Shown: positions 8,320 to 18,094 of the stretch, piece after piece
How positions within the stretch are numbered: position 1 is the stretch's first letter
Layout: the number at the start of each line of letters is the position of its first letter
Assembly: GCA_031382605.1 (NCBI GenBank)
Contig: JANMYZ010000511.1
Coordinates: forward strand, 1-35,989
Source of the DNA: Planctomycetota bacterium
Lineage (GTDB): Bacteria; Planctomycetota; UBA11346
Length of the DNA: 35,989 bases
Direction: 5' to 3'
Notes under the pieces: generated by a model
What the model saw: the letters and a program-made list of their open reading frames with translations, nothing else
Told to the model about the DNA's origin: nothing
The model's database searches: none
Position numbers and translations under genes: made by a program

Positions 8320-10122
8320 TCACTCCGCTGCCACCTCGCCTTGTTCGTAGGCTTGGTAGAGCTGGGCGTAGGCGCCACTTTGTGCCATCAAAGTGCGGTG
8401 ATCACCGATTTCCACAACGCGACCGTCACGAACAACGGCAATGCGATCGGCGTCGCGGATGGTGGCAAGGCGATGGGCAATGATGATCGCCGTGCGTCCG
8501 TGCGACAAACGCCGTAGCGCATGTTGGATGCGCGATTCGGTGTGAATGTCGACGGCAGAAGTCGCTTCGTCTAATACCAGCACGGCGGGATCGGCAAGAT
8601 ATGCACGCACCAAACACACTAACTGTCGTTGGCCGTGACTTAAATGCGCGCCCATCGGGCCGACTTCGGTTTGCCACGAGGCAGAGAGCCGTTCGAGCAC
8701 GTCGTCGGCGCCCAGGGCTTTCGCGGCGGCGATCAATTCGTCATCGGTCGCGCTTGGACGGGCAAGACGCAGATTGTCGAGCACGCTGCCGCTAAACAGA
8801 ATGTTGTCTTGTAACACCACGCCGACATGACGGCGCAAATCCTGCTGCGCCACGCTACGCACATCGTGGCCGTCCAGACGAACGGCACCCTGCTGAACAT
8901 CGTAAAATCGCGACAAGAGCTGAACCAACGTGCTTTTTCCGTGGCCGGTTGGTCCGACAATCGCCAACACTTCACCAGCGGGAATGGTCAGCGATAAATC
9001 ATGAATGACCGGACGCGCCGGGTCATAGCCGAACGTCACGTGATCAAAAGAAACCTCACCGTGGACCTGCGTCAACTGAAGCGGCGTTACTGGATCGATC
9101 ACCTCTGGCGCCGTATCGAGCAACAGAAAAACCCGTTGAGCAGAGGCGGCTCCGGTGGCAAAGCGTTCAAATAAATCGCCGAGCTCTTGCAGCGGTCCAA
9201 GGAAAACAAAAATGTAAAATACCGCCTGGGTTAATTGGCCCATGGTCAATTCATCGCGCTGCAAACCAATGCCACCGACGACCACTAAGATGGCTATCCC
9301 CGCCGTGAACAACAACGCCGCATACGGTTGAAACCAGCCCCAGCCCCAGGCCCCACGAATCGCGGTGCGATCCAGTTCATGCAAAAGCTTCTTATAGTGC
9401 GCGCGATTTGGCTGCTCTTGTGCCGTCTGCTGAATCACCCGAACGCCACCGACGGTTTCGACTAAATGCGCCGTCACATGGCTTTTCGCTTCGGCCACCC
9501 GCGCCCACAGCCGCATGCCCAGGCGTTGAAATGCCACCATGGCCAACAACAGCGCCGGCACTAAGCCGATCAGTGACCAGAACAATAATGGACTAATGAT
9601 CCACAATAGCGTACCCGCACCGACACAGCGTAATGCGGTAGAGGCCAGCTCTGGCGCAGCATGTACCACCAAAGGTTCGAGTGCCTCAACATCGCGATCG
9701 ACGCGAGCAACGATTCGTCCGGCCCGCGTGCGATCAAAATAGCGCACCGACAACGATTGCACATGCGCAAACAACTGGGCGCGTAAATCATTGAGCAAAC
9801 GAATGGAAATCGTCCCCTTCAGCCATTGGATGACGCCCGACAAGCCAAAACGCATCACCCACGTCAACGTTAGCCCAGCGCACATCCAGGCCACAAAACC
9901 AGCATCCAGAATCCAGCCGGACCCCTGCGGGATTAATCCGAAATCGATCACTTGGCGAATAAACCACGGACGAGCAAAAATCGAAGCGACTAAAACGACT
10001 TCAATGAAAACCACCAATGCGATGCGCCCGCGCACGGGTCGCAGCAAAGCAATAATGCGCCGCAACATTCGGCGATCGAGCCGTTTGCGCGCGAGCGCTT
10101 CTTCAATGTCGAGTTCGCTCAT
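8320..10122 (-). CDS. ABC exporter, fused permease/ATPase subunit (heterodimer partner 2)
   Basis: Six-TM N-terminal domain, Walker A GPTGHGKST, signature LSHGQRQ and Walker B VLVLDEATS. Confidence 0.93.
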   Translation of the reverse strand: MSELDIEEALARKRLDRRMLRRIIALLRPVRGRIALVVFIEVVLVASIFARPWFIRQVIDFGLIPQGSGWILDAGFVAWMCAGLTLTWVMRFGLSGVIQWLKGTISIRLLNDLRAQLFAHVQSLSVRYFDRTRAGRIVARVDRDVEALEPLVVHAAPELASTALRCVGAGTLLWIISPLLFWSLIGLVPALLLAMVAFQRLGMRLWARVAEAKSHVTAHLVETVGGVRVIQQTAQEQPNRAHYKKLLHELDRTAIRGAWGWGWFQPYAALLFTAGIAILVVVGGIGLQRDELTMGQLTQAVFYIFVFLGPLQELGDLFERFATGAASAQRVFLLLDTAPEVIDPVTPLQLTQVHGEVSFDHVTFGYDPARPVIHDLSLTIPAGEVLAIVGPTGHGKSTLVQLLSRFYDVQQGAVRLDGHDVRSVAQQDLRRHVGVVLQDNILFSGSVLDNLRLARPSATDDELIAAAKALGADDVLERLSASWQTEVGPMGAHLSHGQRQLVCLVRAYLADPAVLVLDEATSAVDIHTESRIQHALRRLSHGRTAIIIAHRLATIRDADRIAVVRDGRVVEIGDHRTLMAQSGAYAQLYQAYEQGEVAAE

Positions 10123-11945
10123 GACGCCAAGCCCAATAATTCACGGTAGGCGCTGTTGGTGGCGACCAGTTCGTGATGCGTGCCTGAAGCAACCAGATGA
10201 CCGCGTTCCAATAAGACGACTCGGTCGGCCAACAAGATGGTCGATAGTTTGCTCGCGATCAGCAGCACGGTGGTGCCGCTGTGCGCGGCAAGGTTTTCTT
10301 TGCCAAGACCGCGCAAATTATCGAGAATCCGCCGTTCCGTAAGCGCATCGAGAGCGCTGGTCGCATCGTCACAACAGAGCACCTGTGGACGGGCAATCAG
10401 CGCACGCGCCAAACATAAACGCTGACGTTGACCGCCCGACAGCGTCGCGCCGCGTTCGCCGATCTTGGTGGCTAGGCCTTCTGGTAAGCCAGCAATAATA
10501 TCATCGGCACTGGCCAGACGTAAGGCTTCTCGGATATCGTCGTCGGTCGCGCCGGATCGACCCAAACGCAGGTTCGCCGCCACCGTGTCGCTAAATAGAA
10601 AGCTGTCCTGATAGACCACTTGCACGCGTTGACGCAGCGACGCAAAACGCATGTCGCGAGCGTTGTTCCAGCCATCTTGCGCGCTGCCAAAGGAAACCTC
10701 GCCTTGGTCCGGATCTGCCAGACGCGGAAGTAATTGCGCTAACGTACTTTTCCCAGAACCCGTGGCGCCAACCAGCGCCACGATTTCGCCTGGGAAGAGT
10801 TCAAGATTGAGATGCTCCAGGATCATCACTCCGGCCGGGCTGCGCACGCTGACATCACGCAAACGCAGCCCAAACGCGGTTGCCGGCGCATCCGTATGAC
10901 CCTGCTCGAATGCCGGTTCGGCATCGAGCAATTCCATAATTCGCGCCGCCGAAGCGCTGGCCTCAGCAAAGGTCTGAATGGTGCGCCCAACGCTTTCGAC
11001 GCGAAAAATAATGGCCGTAATAATCATCAGTGACGCCACCAATTCACCGATCGTCAGTTGGCCCTCCGCCACCAATCCGGCTCCGCACCACAAAATCCAC
11101 ACATGACTCAAACCAACTAACATCTGCGGCCACGGCAAGCGCATGGAGGCAAACGCCAGACTTCGCCGAGATAAACGCGCAAAACCATCAACGGCCACCT
11201 GAAAGCGTGATGTGCGCGCATCTTCCAAGGCGAACGCTTTGATCACCCGCACGCCACCAATGCCCTCGGTCAATTCTTGCGTCACCACATCATAGGCGTC
11301 ACCAGCGGCGCGATCGAGCATCACCATGCGGCGTGCTTGATGAATGAACATCAGCACGGCAATGATGACCAACACGATGGGAACTGATGCAATCAAGGGA
11401 TGATACCAAGCGAGCATGCCTAAACAGCCAACGACCACCAACCCGGTTTCCAATAATGTTCGCCAACCGCCGATCACCGCATCGCGGACTTTATCGCTGT
11501 CGCGCGTGGTGCGCGTCACGATTTCTCCCGCGCCATGTTTTCGGTGATAGGTCTGATCCAGGCGTTGGACCTGCACCAACACGCGATCGCGCAGGTCGTG
11601 CAGCAAACGCTGGCCAAGCACCATCCCCAGCATCGTTCCCAGGTATTGAATAAGCCCACGCACGACCGCGAACGCCATCAGCGCGCTGACCCAAAACCAG
11701 GCGCGCGATAAGTCCATGCTGCCATCGGGCGCACGCACCACCGCGACGCCGGACTTCACTTCATCCAAGGCCAAGCCCAACAGATGTTGCGTCACCGGCA
11801 GACTCAGATTCACCACCATCGCCACCACCGTCGCGGCGATAAACATCGCCGGGTATCGGCGATAAAAGCCGAAACACCGCAGCAAAGGGTGCGAAAAAGG
11901 GCGAAGAGGAGGGCGAAGAGTGACAGCCATCAGTGAGTCGCGCAT
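10119..11945 (-). CDS. ABC exporter, fused permease/ATPase subunit (heterodimer partner 1)
   Basis: Walker A GATGSGKST, signature LSGGQRQ and Walker B VLCCDDATS. Its stop overlaps the next gene's start as ATGA at 10119-10122, which indicates translational coupling. Confidence 0.93.
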   Translation of the reverse strand: MRDSLMAVTLRPPLRPFSHPLLRCFGFYRRYPAMFIAATVVAMVVNLSLPVTQHLLGLALDEVKSGVAVVRAPDGSMDLSRAWFWVSALMAFAVVRGLIQYLGTMLGMVLGQRLLHDLRDRVLVQVQRLDQTYHRKHGAGEIVTRTTRDSDKVRDAVIGGWRTLLETGLVVVGCLGMLAWYHPLIASVPIVLVIIAVLMFIHQARRMVMLDRAAGDAYDVVTQELTEGIGGVRVIKAFALEDARTSRFQVAVDGFARLSRRSLAFASMRLPWPQMLVGLSHVWILWCGAGLVAEGQLTIGELVASLMIITAIIFRVESVGRTIQTFAEASASAARIMELLDAEPAFEQGHTDAPATAFGLRLRDVSVRSPAGVMILEHLNLELFPGEIVALVGATGSGKSTLAQLLPRLADPDQGEVSFGSAQDGWNNARDMRFASLRQRVQVVYQDSFLFSDTVAANLRLGRSGATDDDIREALRLASADDIIAGLPEGLATKIGERGATLSGGQRQRLCLARALIARPQVLCCDDATSALDALTERRILDNLRGLGKENLAAHSGTTVLLIASKLSTILLADRVVLLERGHLVASGTHHELVATNSAYRELLGLAS

Positions 11946-12079
11946 GATTGTCGCGTGTGGTCAGGCGCAACTAAGCTTTCGCTTTACCTCATCGCCTGTG
12001 ACAGGCGCGGTAGCGTGTTGGTCGAAGGCCAGACCGTCACGCCCGCATTCATGTGTGTGCAGAGAGAACCCTCGGTGAG

Positions 12080-12250
12080 TCACCGTGATGAAAATCCCAT
12101 GGCGGTTACCGCCAGCCCAGCCCCAATCATAAGAATCGCGGAGAGCAGACCTAAAGCACCATATTGATGATACAGTGGCGATGCGCTGGCAATGCCGGCA
12201 AGCAAAAAAAAGAGGCCGCAAATGAACAGGTCTTTTTTGTAAATCTTCAT
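12080..12250 (-). CDS. Candidate small two-TM membrane protein (56 aa), below the ORF-track cutoff
   Basis: Hand translation gives MKIYKKDLFICGLFFLLAGIASASPLYHQYGALGLLSAILMIGAGLAVTAMGFSSR*. It has two hydrophobic helices, and gagaaaga lies just upstream of the ATG. Confidence 0.35.
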   Translation of the reverse strand: MKIYKKDLFICGLFFLLAGIASASPLYHQYGALGLLSAILMIGAGLAVTAMGFSSR

Positions 12251-12358
12251 TCTTTCTCATCTGATACGAGCAAGTGCTTCTCAAAACAGAGGCGGAAGCC
12301 TACTATTTGGGAGGGGGTCCATGTCATGATGACAGCGCAAACTGCTGGGTGCTAATGT

Positions 12359-13150
12359 TCATGGCGCCGTTCCCACTGCGCTTACCGGACCCATCGACGC
12401 GCGTACATCGAATAACAACTGATCTGCGGCATCAATGCGAATGAAGCCCAGCCGAGGAAATTCCAGATCCATGATGACATACAGCGTAATGGCGATGACC
12501 AGGGCAAAGCCACACTGATGAATGCGATTTTGTCGTTCCTGCGCCATATCAAGGCCGGCCATGAACGAGCACGTCAACGCCAATGCAATCAACAACAGAA
12601 AAATGACCATGGGAGGATGATTTATTTTCGCGACCAAGCGCTTCGTGGCGATATCGAACACGTCATTGAGCGCGGGCAATACCAGAGTCGTCGTCACAGG
12701 CGTCATATCAGCGCGACAAGCAACCACGGCCTTACTCCACACCGCGCCTTGGAGAGTTCCGAGTCTGGTCATGCCTTGGCTGACGGTCTCACCAATCGCT
12801 GAACCATCGGTATTCAGGCGCGCATCCACATAGCGCCGAAAATCGTCACGAATCGCCGGCTGAAGCTGAACCGGAAGCAAGTCGAGTCGAAGCCACGCGG
12901 TGCCGATAGCGTTGGCTTCTTGAGTGATCAGTGCGCGACGATCTTCAAAACGAGAAGCCGCGCCGGAAAAGGTAAAGGCGACCAATAAACCGAAAATGGC
13001 GAACACCGCGCCTTCAATCGCGCCACCAATTAGCGGTTCTTCACCGCGCAAACGACGACGGCGACCAACCACGCGTCCGAATTCAAGCATGCAAAAGACG
13101 CTGCCAGCAACAAGAACAGCGAGCAAAAGGCCGACGAGAATAATGGACAT
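12359..13150 (-). CDS. Integral membrane protein, DUF4239-like layout
   Basis: I chose the ATG at 13150 (MSIILVGLLLAVLV) over the TTG at 13186. It has an N-terminal TM pair, a soluble helical middle, and a C-terminal TM pair ending in DLEFPRLGFIRID. Confidence 0.7.
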   Translation of the reverse strand: MSIILVGLLLAVLVAGSVFCMLEFGRVVGRRRRLRGEEPLIGGAIEGAVFAIFGLLVAFTFSGAASRFEDRRALITQEANAIGTAWLRLDLLPVQLQPAIRDDFRRYVDARLNTDGSAIGETVSQGMTRLGTLQGAVWSKAVVACRADMTPVTTTLVLPALNDVFDIATKRLVAKINHPPMVIFLLLIALALTCSFMAGLDMAQERQNRIHQCGFALVIAITLYVIMDLEFPRLGFIRIDAADQLLFDVRASMGPVSAVGTAP

Positions 13151-13252
13151 GGCTTCGTTTTCTGAAATCACCAGCCGAACGGTCAACGTTGTCCGCTAAG
13201 TGATTTCCACGCTGGTGAAGAACTTCTCAGTTCGATAATAGCTCGTTCGGGA

Positions 13253-13480
13253 TCATGAATTGGTATCGGCAGAATCGCGTGGATCGCGGCGATCGACTCC
13301 GCGCGCCGTGCGTTCGACGTGCTCCAGGTCTTCGCCGGCAACGGTGTAGCGTCCGGCGAACCACGCGCCGAGATCGCGGTTGCGGCAGCGCTCGCAGCAG
13401 AACGGAAACTCTGCCGGACGGTCTGGACCCTGGATTAATATGGGTCGGGCGCAGGTTGGGCAGGAAAGCGTTTCAGGCAT
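13253..13480 (-). CDS. yacG: DNA gyrase inhibitor YacG-type zinc-finger protein
   Basis: CPTC...FPFCCERCRNRDLGAWFAGRY matches the YacG pattern CPxC...RPFCSxRCxxxDLGxW. Confidence 0.8.
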   Translation of the reverse strand: MPETLSCPTCARPILIQGPDRPAEFPFCCERCRNRDLGAWFAGRYTVAGEDLEHVERTARGVDRRDPRDSADTNS

Positions 13481-13551
13481 GTCGCCATGCTGAGAAAATC
13501 ATCCGTCGCGTCCAGACACGCCATCGACTGGACCATGCGGTGAGTTGAACC

Positions 13552-14976
13552 ATGCTCGCCGTCATGCACCGGATACCTTTGTTTTTGCTGACCATTTTAT
13601 TAACCAGCCTGTGGTCTGGTACCACGTTGATGAACGCGGCAGAGCTTGGAAAGGCGGTTGATGCGGTGCTCGCCAAGGTGCCGAGGGGCGGCAAAGCGGC
13701 AGTGGCGGTGGTCGACCTCGACCAGCGGCAGTGGGTGCTGAAACGCAACGCCGATCAATCGCTGAGCTTGGCGTCGACGACCAAGCTGATCACTTCAGCG
13801 GCAGCACTGGTGGGACTCGGCACTGATTTCGTTTTTCATACGCGACTCGTCGGACTCGGTCCGCTGGGTGCCGATGGAACGTTGCCCGGCTTAGGCGTCA
13901 TCGGCGGCGGCAGTCCGTGCTTCGATGAACATTTCGCCGAGGGCCGCGACCCTGATGCGGTTTTCCGTGGCTTCGCCGCTGAAATGAAGCGCCGGGGCGT
14001 GCGCCGTATTGCTGGCGATCTGGTGATTGATTCGCGTTTGTTCAGCGGCCCGATTCGTCCAGACACGTGGCCCGCCGATCAAACCAATCTGCAACGCTGG
14101 TTCAGTGCGCCGTGCGCGGCGTTTGCGTGGAACGATAATTGTATCGAAGTGCGCTTGGTTCCTGGTGCCGTCGGTGCGCCGTGCACGGTCGAGACGCGTC
14201 CGCGTTCAACGCGCATTCGCATCGTCAACAACACGCGTTCGCTGGCGAGTGGCGCCGGGAAAAACGCCATCTCACGGGCGCTTGATAGCAACACCGTCAT
14301 TGCCAGCGGTACGTGCGGCCGGGCTACGGCATGGTTTCCCTTGGCCATTGCCAGCGATCCGGAATTGCTGATCGGCGATCACTTGAAGGCCATCTGCGCC
14401 GACAGCGGCATCCCCATCAGCGGCAGCGTTCGCCTTGGCGCGGTCGATCCGACCGCTGGGCCACTGCTGATTGATCTCAAACAACCGCTGATTCCAGCGA
14501 TCAACATCACCAATCAACACAGCCATAATTTTTACGCCGAACAATTGCTACGTCTGCTGGGCGTGAAACGCTCCCAAGAAGGTTCGATCGTCGCTGGGCG
14601 GACCGCCGCTTTGGCAATTTTGCAAGAGCGCTTCGGCATGGGCATGGGTCCGGTCACGTTGCTCGATGGCAGCGGCCTGAGCTACGGCAATGAAGCCAGC
14701 GCTGCCTATCTCGTCAACTTGCTCGACGCCATGCACCGCAGCGATCTGGGGCCGACGTATCGCGCCAGTTTGAAAGAAAGAAATGCGCCTGGCATCAGCG
14801 CCAAAGTGAAAACCGGAACCCATAACGAAGCCCGCGCGCTAGCAGGATATTTTGATGGTGCGAGCAAGCGTCACTATGCCTTCGCGATCTTGCTGAACCG
14901 TGGTGATTCCACCAGTTTTGGTTGGGCGGACAAAATGCGCGAAGACTTATTTCAGGCTTTAGCCGCAGCGCCGTGA
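13552..14976 (+). CDS. dacB: D-alanyl-D-alanine carboxypeptidase/endopeptidase, PBP4 (peptidase S13) family
   Basis: Signal peptide, SxxK motif as ASTTKLIT, DGSGLSYGN and KTGT. Confidence 0.9.
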   Translation: MLAVMHRIPLFLLTILLTSLWSGTTLMNAAELGKAVDAVLAKVPRGGKAAVAVVDLDQRQWVLKRNADQSLSLASTTKLITSAAALVGLGTDFVFHTRLVGLGPLGADGTLPGLGVIGGGSPCFDEHFAEGRDPDAVFRGFAAEMKRRGVRRIAGDLVIDSRLFSGPIRPDTWPADQTNLQRWFSAPCAAFAWNDNCIEVRLVPGAVGAPCTVETRPRSTRIRIVNNTRSLASGAGKNAISRALDSNTVIASGTCGRATAWFPLAIASDPELLIGDHLKAICADSGIPISGSVRLGAVDPTAGPLLIDLKQPLIPAINITNQHSHNFYAEQLLRLLGVKRSQEGSIVAGRTAALAILQERFGMGMGPVTLLDGSGLSYGNEASAAYLVNLLDAMHRSDLGPTYRASLKERNAPGISAKVKTGTHNEARALAGYFDGASKRHYAFAILLNRGDSTSFGWADKMREDLFQALAAAP

Positions 14977-15022
14977 GTGCGATAGCAAAGGCTTCGCAAA
15001 GACTTTTCCGAAAGATGTCCCT

Positions 15023-16789
15023 ATGAAATTCTTGCCGGCGATTCTCATCACCTTGCTGCGTGATCGTGGCAGTCGAGGCAACCTCGCGCTGCTGCTGCGT
15101 TTCTGCGCGCTCTTGGTTTCGGTGATGGTGCTGTTCGGACTGCTCTTTCAGGTGCTGATGAAATGGGAAGCGCAGGAACACAGTTGGATTTCAGGCCTGT
15201 ACTGGGTGGTCACCACCATGACGACACTCGGCTTCGGTGACATCACTTTCAAAAGCGACATAGGCCGCATCTTTTCCATGGTGGTGATGCTGACTGGCGT
15301 CTTCATGTTGTTGGTCATGTTGCCTTTTACTTTCATCGAATTTCTTTATTCGCCCTGGATGAAAGCTCAGTCCAATGCGCGTGCTCCGCGTGAGCTTGCG
15401 CCGGCCTTCAAAGATCACGTATTGATTGTTCACCATGGTCCGGTGGCGGAAAGCTTGGTGGAAATTCTTAACGCCGAACGGGTTCCTTACGCGATTGTCC
15501 TGGCCGACCACGCCGAAGCCTTACGGCTGCACGACCGTGGGCTTTCCGTGTTACTTGGCGAACCCGATGATCCGGAAACCTACCGCCGTGGGCGCATCGA
15601 TCAGGCAAGTTTAGTCGCGACGCTCGGCACCGAGCTGATTAATACCAACGTTGCTTTTACCGTGCGCGAGGTGTCGGATTCGGTCCCCATCTTTGCCACC
15701 GCGCGCAGCGACACGGCAGAAGATGTCTTACGCCACGCCGAAAAAACCCAAGTGCTGCGCCTTGGACGCATGCTGGGGTTAGGCATGGCACGCCGTACGC
15801 ACGGCGGCGATAATCTGGCGCATGTGGTCGGCAGTTTCGACGAACTCTTGGTGGCTGAGGCAGCCATGCACGGCACGCCGCTGGTGGGAAAAACCCTACG
15901 CGAAGCTCATTTGCGTGAACACCTGGGCGTCGTCGCTGCCTGCGTGTGGAATCGCGGACATATGGAACCCGCCGGACCAGACACGCGCATTGAAGATCAC
16001 ACCACGCTGGTGCTGGTTGGAAATCGAGCGCAGCTTGATCGCTGGGACGAAACGTTTTGCATCTATTCGGGAAATCCCGATCCCGTGCTGGTCATCGGTT
16101 GTGGTCGCGTTGGTCGTGCCGCTATCGAACATTTGACGGAACGACGCATTGCTTACCGCGTCATTGATCAACGGACGGAGCGCTTGGCGAATCCAGAGTT
16201 CTCCATCGTGGGCGATGCCACCGACCGGCTCGTGCTCGAACGTGCGGGATTAATGCGTGCCCCCAGCGTGCTGATTACCACGCCCGATGATGACGCGAAT
16301 ATTTTCCTGACCCTGGTCTGTCGACGCCTGCGCCCCGACATCCAGATCATCAGCCGCGTCACCCGTGAACGAAACGTCAGTACGATTGATCGCGCCGGTG
16401 CTGACTGCGTTTTGTCCTATAGCTCTATGGGCGCGAACGCGATCGCCAATTTCCTGCTGCATACCAATGTATTGATGCTGACCGAAGGCCTCAGCTTGGT
16501 GCGCGTGCGCATCCCCGAACAACTGATCGGCAAGACCCTTGCTGAAAGCGCTGTCCGAGCGCAAACCGAGTGCATGGTGGTGGCCATTCAAACGCCAAAA
16601 AATACCGAAGTTTTACCGCCGCCAGAGCGTGTTTTTCCTGCTGAGGGCGATCTCTTGCTGGTCGGTGATGGCGATACCGAAACGCGATTTTTAACGCGCT
16701 ATCCCGGCGGAGAATCCGGAACTCGCCGCGCTCTTTCTGGGATTCGCCGCGCAACCCAGAGCGATTCCGCCAAACCTGAAAACAAGTAA
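15023..16789 (+). CDS. Potassium channel with two RCK/TrkA domains
   Basis: Pore-helix and selectivity filter TTMTTLGFGD between two TM helices. Two Rossmann-like RCK-N segments, the second VLVIGCGRVGRAAIEHL. Confidence 0.9.
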   Translation: MKFLPAILITLLRDRGSRGNLALLLRFCALLVSVMVLFGLLFQVLMKWEAQEHSWISGLYWVVTTMTTLGFGDITFKSDIGRIFSMVVMLTGVFMLLVMLPFTFIEFLYSPWMKAQSNARAPRELAPAFKDHVLIVHHGPVAESLVEILNAERVPYAIVLADHAEALRLHDRGLSVLLGEPDDPETYRRGRIDQASLVATLGTELINTNVAFTVREVSDSVPIFATARSDTAEDVLRHAEKTQVLRLGRMLGLGMARRTHGGDNLAHVVGSFDELLVAEAAMHGTPLVGKTLREAHLREHLGVVAACVWNRGHMEPAGPDTRIEDHTTLVLVGNRAQLDRWDETFCIYSGNPDPVLVIGCGRVGRAAIEHLTERRIAYRVIDQRTERLANPEFSIVGDATDRLVLERAGLMRAPSVLITTPDDDANIFLTLVCRRLRPDIQIISRVTRERNVSTIDRAGADCVLSYSSMGANAIANFLLHTNVLMLTEGLSLVRVRIPEQLIGKTLAESAVRAQTECMVVAIQTPKNTEVLPPPERVFPAEGDLLLVGDGDTETRFLTRYPGGESGTRRALSGIRRATQSDSAKPENK

Positions 16790-16805
16790 GGCCATCAACG
16801 TCACC

Positions 16806-17159
16806 ATGCTAAAAATCTACACCTACAAAAGCTGCTCCACCTGCCGCAAGGCGGTCGCTCATCTCACCCGAGCGGGCAAGTCATTCGCTGAAGTGCCGAT
16901 TCGTGAAACGCCGCCGACGGTGGACGAACTCAAGCGCATGCTCACCGCGCTGGGTGGCGACATGAAGGCGTTGTTCAATCGCAGCGGCCAGGATTACCGC
17001 GCATTGAACCTCAAAGATAAACTTCCAACTATGAGCGAAGCCGAGGCGCTGAAGTTACTCAGCACCAACGGCAATTTAGTCCGCCGTCCATTCGCCTTCA
17101 TCGGCCGCAACGGGATCGTGGGATACGATGAAGTGGCGTGGGACGCTCAGTTGAAGTGA
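16806..17159 (+). CDS. ArsC/Spx/YffB-family thioredoxin-fold protein
   Basis: MLKIYTYKSCSTCRKA (CxxC near the N-terminus) and LVRRPF near the C-terminus. 117 aa. Confidence 0.87.
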   Translation: MLKIYTYKSCSTCRKAVAHLTRAGKSFAEVPIRETPPTVDELKRMLTALGGDMKALFNRSGQDYRALNLKDKLPTMSEAEALKLLSTNGNLVRRPFAFIGRNGIVGYDEVAWDAQLK

Positions 17160-17160
17160 T

Positions 17161-17337
17161 CCTAGAAAAAACAGTAGAGAACCATTTTACCGCTAAGCCG
17201 CAAAGAGCGCAAAGGACTTGCAGCAAAATTAAGCTTCACCTATTTGGTGAGGCCACTGCTCATTTAGATTTTGATTCGCACCTTTGCGTCTTTGCGCCTT
17301 TGCGGTGGAAGTTTTAATTCCTACTGCGGTTTCTAGG
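17161..17337 (+). mobile_element. Family-A MITE-like palindromic element, short variant
   Basis: Runs from cctagaaaaaacagtagagaacc to taattcctactgcggtttctagg. It begins 1 nt after TGA at 17157-17159. The flanks are gtgat (17156-17160) and gtgaa (17338-17342). Confidence 0.85.
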
Positions 17338-17349
17338 GTGAACATGACT

Positions 17350-18093
17350 TCATTCGACTTCCGCCAGCAACGCGGCGTGGTCGGACAGGGTTCGCCAGGG
17401 ATCGCCGGTCAGACATTCCGCGCGTAGCGGTTTTACACCACGCACATAGAGGCGATCGAGGCGCAGTAGTGGCCACCACACGGGGAATGATTTGGCGTGT
17501 TCGCCGTGCAAGACGTGATGCACTTCGACCAAGCCGAGTTCGGTGGTCAGCAATGGGCTGACGCGGGCGCGCCAGTCGTTGAAATCACCGGCAACCAACA
17601 GCGGGGCATCGGCTGGCACGGCGGCGGCGATGCGTTCGACAAGTTTCTCCACTTGTTTGCGGCGGCCGCGTTCGAACAGGTCGAGATGGCAACAAATCAC
17701 ATGCAGATCGTGTTTGAGCGCAGGATGTTTGACCACGCCATGCAACAGACCGCGACGTTCCCAGCGGTTGTTTGATACGTCGAGATTTTCCCACGCCGCG
17801 AATGGGTATTTGCTCATAATCGCATTGCCGTGATGGCCGTGATCGTACAGCGCGTTGCGGCCATACGCATGATGCGGCCAAATGCTGTCAGCGAGATATT
17901 CGCACTGTCCGGCGATCGGCCAGTCAGCGAAACGGTTGGCGTGGTGGCGATGTTCGCCTTGAACTTCTTGCAAGAAAACAATGTCCGCATCAACCGAACG
18001 AATGGCGACGCGCATACGCTCCAACACGAAACGTCGATTGGCCGGCGTCAGGCCTTTGTGGATATTGTAGGATAAAATGCGGACAGCGGTCAT
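17350..18093 (-). CDS. Endonuclease/exonuclease/phosphatase (EEP) family protein, YbhP-like
   Basis: LSYNIHKG, DIVFLQEV, GNAIMSKYP, VAGDFNDW and SDHAALLAEV. Confidence 0.9.
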   Translation of the reverse strand: MTAVRILSYNIHKGLTPANRRFVLERMRVAIRSVDADIVFLQEVQGEHRHHANRFADWPIAGQCEYLADSIWPHHAYGRNALYDHGHHGNAIMSKYPFAAWENLDVSNNRWERRGLLHGVVKHPALKHDLHVICCHLDLFERGRRKQVEKLVERIAAAVPADAPLLVAGDFNDWRARVSPLLTTELGLVEVHHVLHGEHAKSFPVWWPLLRLDRLYVRGVKPLRAECLTGDPWRTLSDHAALLAEVE

Positions 18094-18094
18094 C

